The notes below the pieces were generated by a model, which was not told the DNA's origin, ran no database searches, and saw only the letters and a program-made list of their open reading frames with translations. The position numbers were made by a program, and so were the translations under genes. Below are positions 60,764-64,000 of a stretch of DNA of 64,000 nucleotides, piece after piece (positions within the stretch are counted from its first letter, which is position 1; every line of letters starts with the position of its first letter). Source of the DNA: Paracoccaceae bacterium (GTDB lineage: Bacteria > Pseudomonadota > Alphaproteobacteria > Rhodobacterales > Rhodobacteraceae); contig JBLXEV010000002.1 of assembly GCA_048262715.1 (NCBI GenBank), forward strand, positions 333,829-397,828, in the 5' to 3' direction.

Positions 60764-61039
60764 TTGAAACGCCCACGCCTGCTGATCCGTGCGGCCCGTC
60801 TCGGGCTTGCGCAATACAATCGGACCCGCGATTTGCGCCGCCTGATGCGCAATACGCCCCCCTCCGCCCCTGAGGCGGCTTTGGCGCGGCTGATGGAGGA
60901 AGAGGCGCAGCTTGAAGAGGTGCGTAAATCCGGTGAGGCAGCCTATTCGCTGGCGCGTCATATCGAGATTCTGATCGCTATCCTTGCCGAAGCGCGGCTT
61001 GTGCCCGCCCGCAACGGGTCGGCGCCGAATGCGCCGTAA
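60764..61039 (+). CDS. Small conserved protein, DUF6477-like; start uncertain
   Basis: KRPRLLIRAARLGLAQYNRTRDLRRL... is what I recall of the small partner of DUF6456 genes. This frame offers only TTG or CTG starts (60752-60764). A good ATG with RBS at 60735 is 1 nt out of frame. Confidence 0.55.
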   Translation: MKRPRLLIRAARLGLAQYNRTRDLRRLMRNTPPSAPEAALARLMEEEAQLEEVRKSGEAAYSLARHIEILIAILAEARLVPARNGSAPNAP

Positions 61040-61109
61040 AACTGTTAACGGCAGACTGAAAAGGGGCGCCTATTCCGGCGCCCCTTTTCTATTCTCGAGA
61101 GGCTTCCGA

Positions 61110-62708
61110 TTAGCGGCTTTTGAACAGAGAGCCCAAAATTCCGCGCACGAGTTGCTGGCCCGCTTTGGTGCCCAATTGACGCACAAAGCTCTTCCCGAAG
61201 GTTTGCGCCAAACTATCCGAACGCGACGCGCGGCCAGAGGATCTCGTGCTGGATTTCGGGGCGGGTTTACGCTCAAAACTGATCGGCTCGAACCGCCGCG
61301 CTTTGTTAAACTCGCGCGCCTCTTCGGCCTTGGCGGCATCTTGCGCCGCTTTCGCCGCGCCCTCGGCCTCGGCCTTCGCGGCCTCATCAGCGGCGGCGGC
61401 GGCACGGCGCGCCAGCATCTCGCTCGCCGAATCGCGATCCACCGTCACATCGTATTTCGCCCCGAACGGCGATCCCGCGATCACCGTGCTGCGCTCCTCC
61501 GGCGTCAGCGGCCCAAGACGCGACATCGGCGGGCGCACCAAAGTGCGCTCCACAATTCCCGGAACGCCTTTGTTTTGCAGGAACGACGTCACCGCCTCAC
61601 CCGTGCCGACCTCCTTGATCGCCTCCTCGGTCGAAAAGCGCGGATTGGGGCGGTAATTCTCCGCCGCGCGTTTGAGATCTTTTTGATCTTTCGCGGTGAA
61701 AGCGCGCAGCGCATGTTGCACGCGGTTACCGAGTTGCCCCAGCACACCATCCGGCACATCGCCCGGATTTTGCGTGATAAAATAGATCCCAACACCTTTC
61801 GAGCGGATCAGCCGCGCGACCTGCTCCACCTTATCGACCAGCGCTTTGGGCGCGTCATCGAACAACAAATGCGCCTCGTCGAAGAAGAAGACGAATCGCG
61901 GTTTATCGGGGTCACCGACCTCGGGCAGCTCCTCGAACAGTTCCGAGAGCAGCCACAGAAGGAAAGTTGAGTAGAGCCGCGGGCTCGCCATCAGGCGATC
62001 CGCCGCCATCACATTGATCCGGCCACGGCCATCGGGCGCGAGCGACATCAGATCCTGCAGATCCAACGCGGGCTCCCCGAAGAAATTCGCGGCACCTTCG
62101 TTTTCAAGAACCAGAAGCTGCCGCTGAATAGCACCGATGGTCGCGCTGGCCACATTGCCATAGCGCAGAGAAATCTCATCCTTATGCTCGCCCACAAACA
62201 GCAGCATGGATTGCAGATCTTTGAGATCGAGAAGCGGCAGGCCCTCCTCATCCGCAATCCGGAACGCGATATTCAGCACGCCTTCCTGCGCCTCGGTCAG
62301 ATCCATCAATCGCGCCAGCAACAGCGGCCCCATCTCCGAAATGGTGGTGCGGACGGAATGGCCTTTCTCACCAAACATATCCCAGAAGGTGACGGGAAAC
62401 GCGCGGTATTCGAGACCATAGCCGATGGTCTCGGCCCGTGTCAGGAACGGCGCATGTAGTTTCCCCTCCGCCGAACCCGCCAGCGCCATCCCCGAGAGAT
62501 CGCCCTTCACATCTGCCATGAACACGGGCACGCCAGCGGTTGAAAAAGCCTCCGCAAGAATTTGTAACGTAACGGTTTTACCCGTCCCCGTCGCACCTGC
62601 GATCAGCCCGTGACGATTGCCGTATTTCAAGAGCATCTCTTGCGGATCGTGGTAAGCATCGCCGCCGCCGCCCACAAAGATCCCGTTTTGGGTCAGAACC
62701 GAGGTCAT
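61110..62708 (-). CDS. HerA-like helicase / DUF853 (YjgR-type) P-loop ATPase
   Basis: 532 aa with Walker A GATGTGKT, Walker B FVFFFDEAH and a Lys/Ala-rich, basic C-terminal tail typical of YjgR-like proteins. Confidence 0.82.
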   Translation of the reverse strand: MTSVLTQNGIFVGGGGDAYHDPQEMLLKYGNRHGLIAGATGTGKTVTLQILAEAFSTAGVPVFMADVKGDLSGMALAGSAEGKLHAPFLTRAETIGYGLEYRAFPVTFWDMFGEKGHSVRTTISEMGPLLLARLMDLTEAQEGVLNIAFRIADEEGLPLLDLKDLQSMLLFVGEHKDEISLRYGNVASATIGAIQRQLLVLENEGAANFFGEPALDLQDLMSLAPDGRGRINVMAADRLMASPRLYSTFLLWLLSELFEELPEVGDPDKPRFVFFFDEAHLLFDDAPKALVDKVEQVARLIRSKGVGIYFITQNPGDVPDGVLGQLGNRVQHALRAFTAKDQKDLKRAAENYRPNPRFSTEEAIKEVGTGEAVTSFLQNKGVPGIVERTLVRPPMSRLGPLTPEERSTVIAGSPFGAKYDVTVDRDSASEMLARRAAAAADEAAKAEAEGAAKAAQDAAKAEEAREFNKARRFEPISFERKPAPKSSTRSSGRASRSDSLAQTFGKSFVRQLGTKAGQQLVRGILGSLFKSR

Positions 62709-62777
62709 ACATCTTTCCTACGCTGAAAACTGACTCTCACAATACTTGATTAACCCTTCTGTGCCAGACTGATTTCA

Positions 62778-62869
62778 GGCCGCGAGGTGACGACTCTTGC
62801 GGCCCGCCTCCCGCGCTGCGGGATTTTCCTCCCTGTTGACTGGCCGCGCTTTCGGGCGCGGTTTTTTTT
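62778..62869 (+). ncRNA. Candidate small RNA (three hairpins, two CCUCCC motifs, strong terminator)
   Basis: Hairpins at 62778-62804 (GGCCGC..GCGGCC) and 62810-62822 (CCCGC-GCT-GCGGG). CCTCCC occurs at 62807-62812 and 62828-62833. The terminator is CCGCGC-TTTCGG-GCGCGG + T8 (62844-62869). No ORF is present and no same-strand gene lies upstream. Confidence 0.4.
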
Positions 62870-63280
62870 GGAGCACGGCGCGCTGCCTGCACCGGAAATG
62901 TAAGCCCTTCATTATACTCGATTTCAGATCAATTCTTCGCGAAACCCAGAAAATCGCCCACCGCGCAACCTATCCAAATGCCCCAATTCTCCCTACAATT
63001 TTTCGTTGACGGGAAACCAGAGCTTGCCTAGGTTCAAATCTCAATAAGTCGGCCAGTCTGACAGGGAAAATAAGAGAAAAAGGGCGTGCTCCAGCATGCT
63101 CTTTTTCCGTTTTGAGCGCCTGCCATCCGATACTGCCCCCTGCGGCACATCAAAGGCCTGATCGCCGCGCGATCCCCCGCTGATGTGATCTCAGGTGAGG
63201 CCCCTGCGTCGCCATTGCCGCTGACATCCGAATATCCGCATGTTAGAAGGCACCAGACAATGTTCTGATTGGACGGATAA

Positions 63281-63937
63281 ATGATTGACCTGACCAAACC
63301 GCTCGCGATTGCGCTGTCTTTCGCGCTCACCGGTGCCGCCATCGCACAAGATGCGCCGGCAAGCGATGCTGCTCCTGCCACTGAAACACCCGCTGCAGAT
63401 GCGCCCGCGACCGATGCGCCAGCCGCAGATGCGGCGACCGAGGCCCCTGCTGACGCAGCCACCGATGCGCCGGACGATATGGGCAAAGCCTACACCGCCG
63501 CCACCCATGGCGATTGGCAGCTTCAGTGCATCCGCACCGAAGACGGCAATGATCCCTGCGAGATCTATCAGGTTCTGAAAGATGCGACGGGCCAAACCGT
63601 CGCGGATATCAGCATGCTTGCCCTGCCGGACGGCGGCGAAGCGGTTGCGGGGGCAACCTTGATGGTGCCGCTGGAAACCTTGCTGACGCCGGGCCTTGCG
63701 ATTGGCGTCGATTCCGCCAAGCCGCGCGTCTACCAATTCAGCTTCTGCGCACAACCGGGCTGCTTCGCGCGCCTCGGCTTGACCGCGGAAGAGCTGGCAG
63801 CGTTCAAAAAAGGCGGAAAAGCAACTGTCTCGCTGGTGCCTGTTGCCGCGCCTGATAAGCGTGTGACGGTGGATATCTCGCTCAAAGGCTTCACCGCTGC
63901 GTTTGACGCGGTGAAAGAAGCGAACGCGAAGAAGTAA
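63281..63937 (+). CDS. Invasion-associated locus B (IalB)-family periplasmic protein
   Basis: Signal peptide MIDLTKPLAIALSFALTGAAIA, a low-complexity D/A/P/T linker, then GDWQLQC...CEIYQ and a PGCFARLGL-type IalB core. Confidence 0.82.
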   Translation: MIDLTKPLAIALSFALTGAAIAQDAPASDAAPATETPAADAPATDAPAADAATEAPADAATDAPDDMGKAYTAATHGDWQLQCIRTEDGNDPCEIYQVLKDATGQTVADISMLALPDGGEAVAGATLMVPLETLLTPGLAIGVDSAKPRVYQFSFCAQPGCFARLGLTAEELAAFKKGGKATVSLVPVAAPDKRVTVDISLKGFTAAFDAVKEANAKK

Positions 63938-63965
63938 TCGTAAAGAACTGATAAGAAACGAAAAA

Positions 63966-63995
63966 GCCGCCTGCATATTCGCAGGCGGCGTTTTT
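63966..63995 (+). terminator. Intrinsic terminator downstream of the IalB-family gene
   Basis: GCCGCCTGC-ATATTC-GCAGGCGGC followed by GTTTTTATT. Confidence 0.85.
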
Positions 63996-64000
63996 ATTGG

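Noticed and set aside
63020-63045. tRNA T-loop-like string GGTTCAAATC
   Set aside because: The flanking bases cannot form a T-stem (GCCTA versus TCAAT). No acceptor, D or anticodon arms can be drawn. It is not a tRNA or a clear tRNA fragment.

Overview
High-GC (about 60%) alphaproteobacterial chromosome segment. Gene content and synteny look typical of Rhodobacterales, but I could not run a search to confirm this. The supporting blocks are dusB-ntrBC-ntrYX-trkAH-hfq-hflX, rpsB-tsf, guaA, lipA, ispDF-pgpA-cinA, amtB, gmk, rpe-gph and a Liv-type ABC transporter. I can support about 57 protein-coding genes, several intrinsic terminators and five copies of palindromic intergenic repeats. I see no rRNA, tRNA, CRISPR array, transposase, integrase or phage genes. 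This reads as ordinary core chromosome, not a defence or mobile island, and I found no convincing multi-gene novel system. The observations most worth a second look are listed here. (1) A divergent pair resembling the GTA-regulator locus gafA/rcc01866 (HTH + DUF6456-like, and DUF6477-like) in which both genes look damaged. One has a frame switch at a CG-dinucleotide run and a 3' end overrun by a repeat. The other has its ATG and RBS one nucleotide out of frame. (2) Two related families of dispersed palindromic (REP/MITE-like) repeats sharing a GGGATATTT core. (3) A LuxR solo with Y/F/G at three positions that, as I recall them, are conserved AHL-pocket residues, plus an extra roughly 50-aa tail and no luxI. 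(4) Two orphan terminator-bounded small-RNA candidates, one carrying two CCUCCC motifs. (5) An entericidin-like 36-aa lipoprotein gene absent from the ORF track. (6) A pseudo-receiver protein divergent from a soluble PhoR-like kinase. All family assignments are from reading the translations. No database search was possible.
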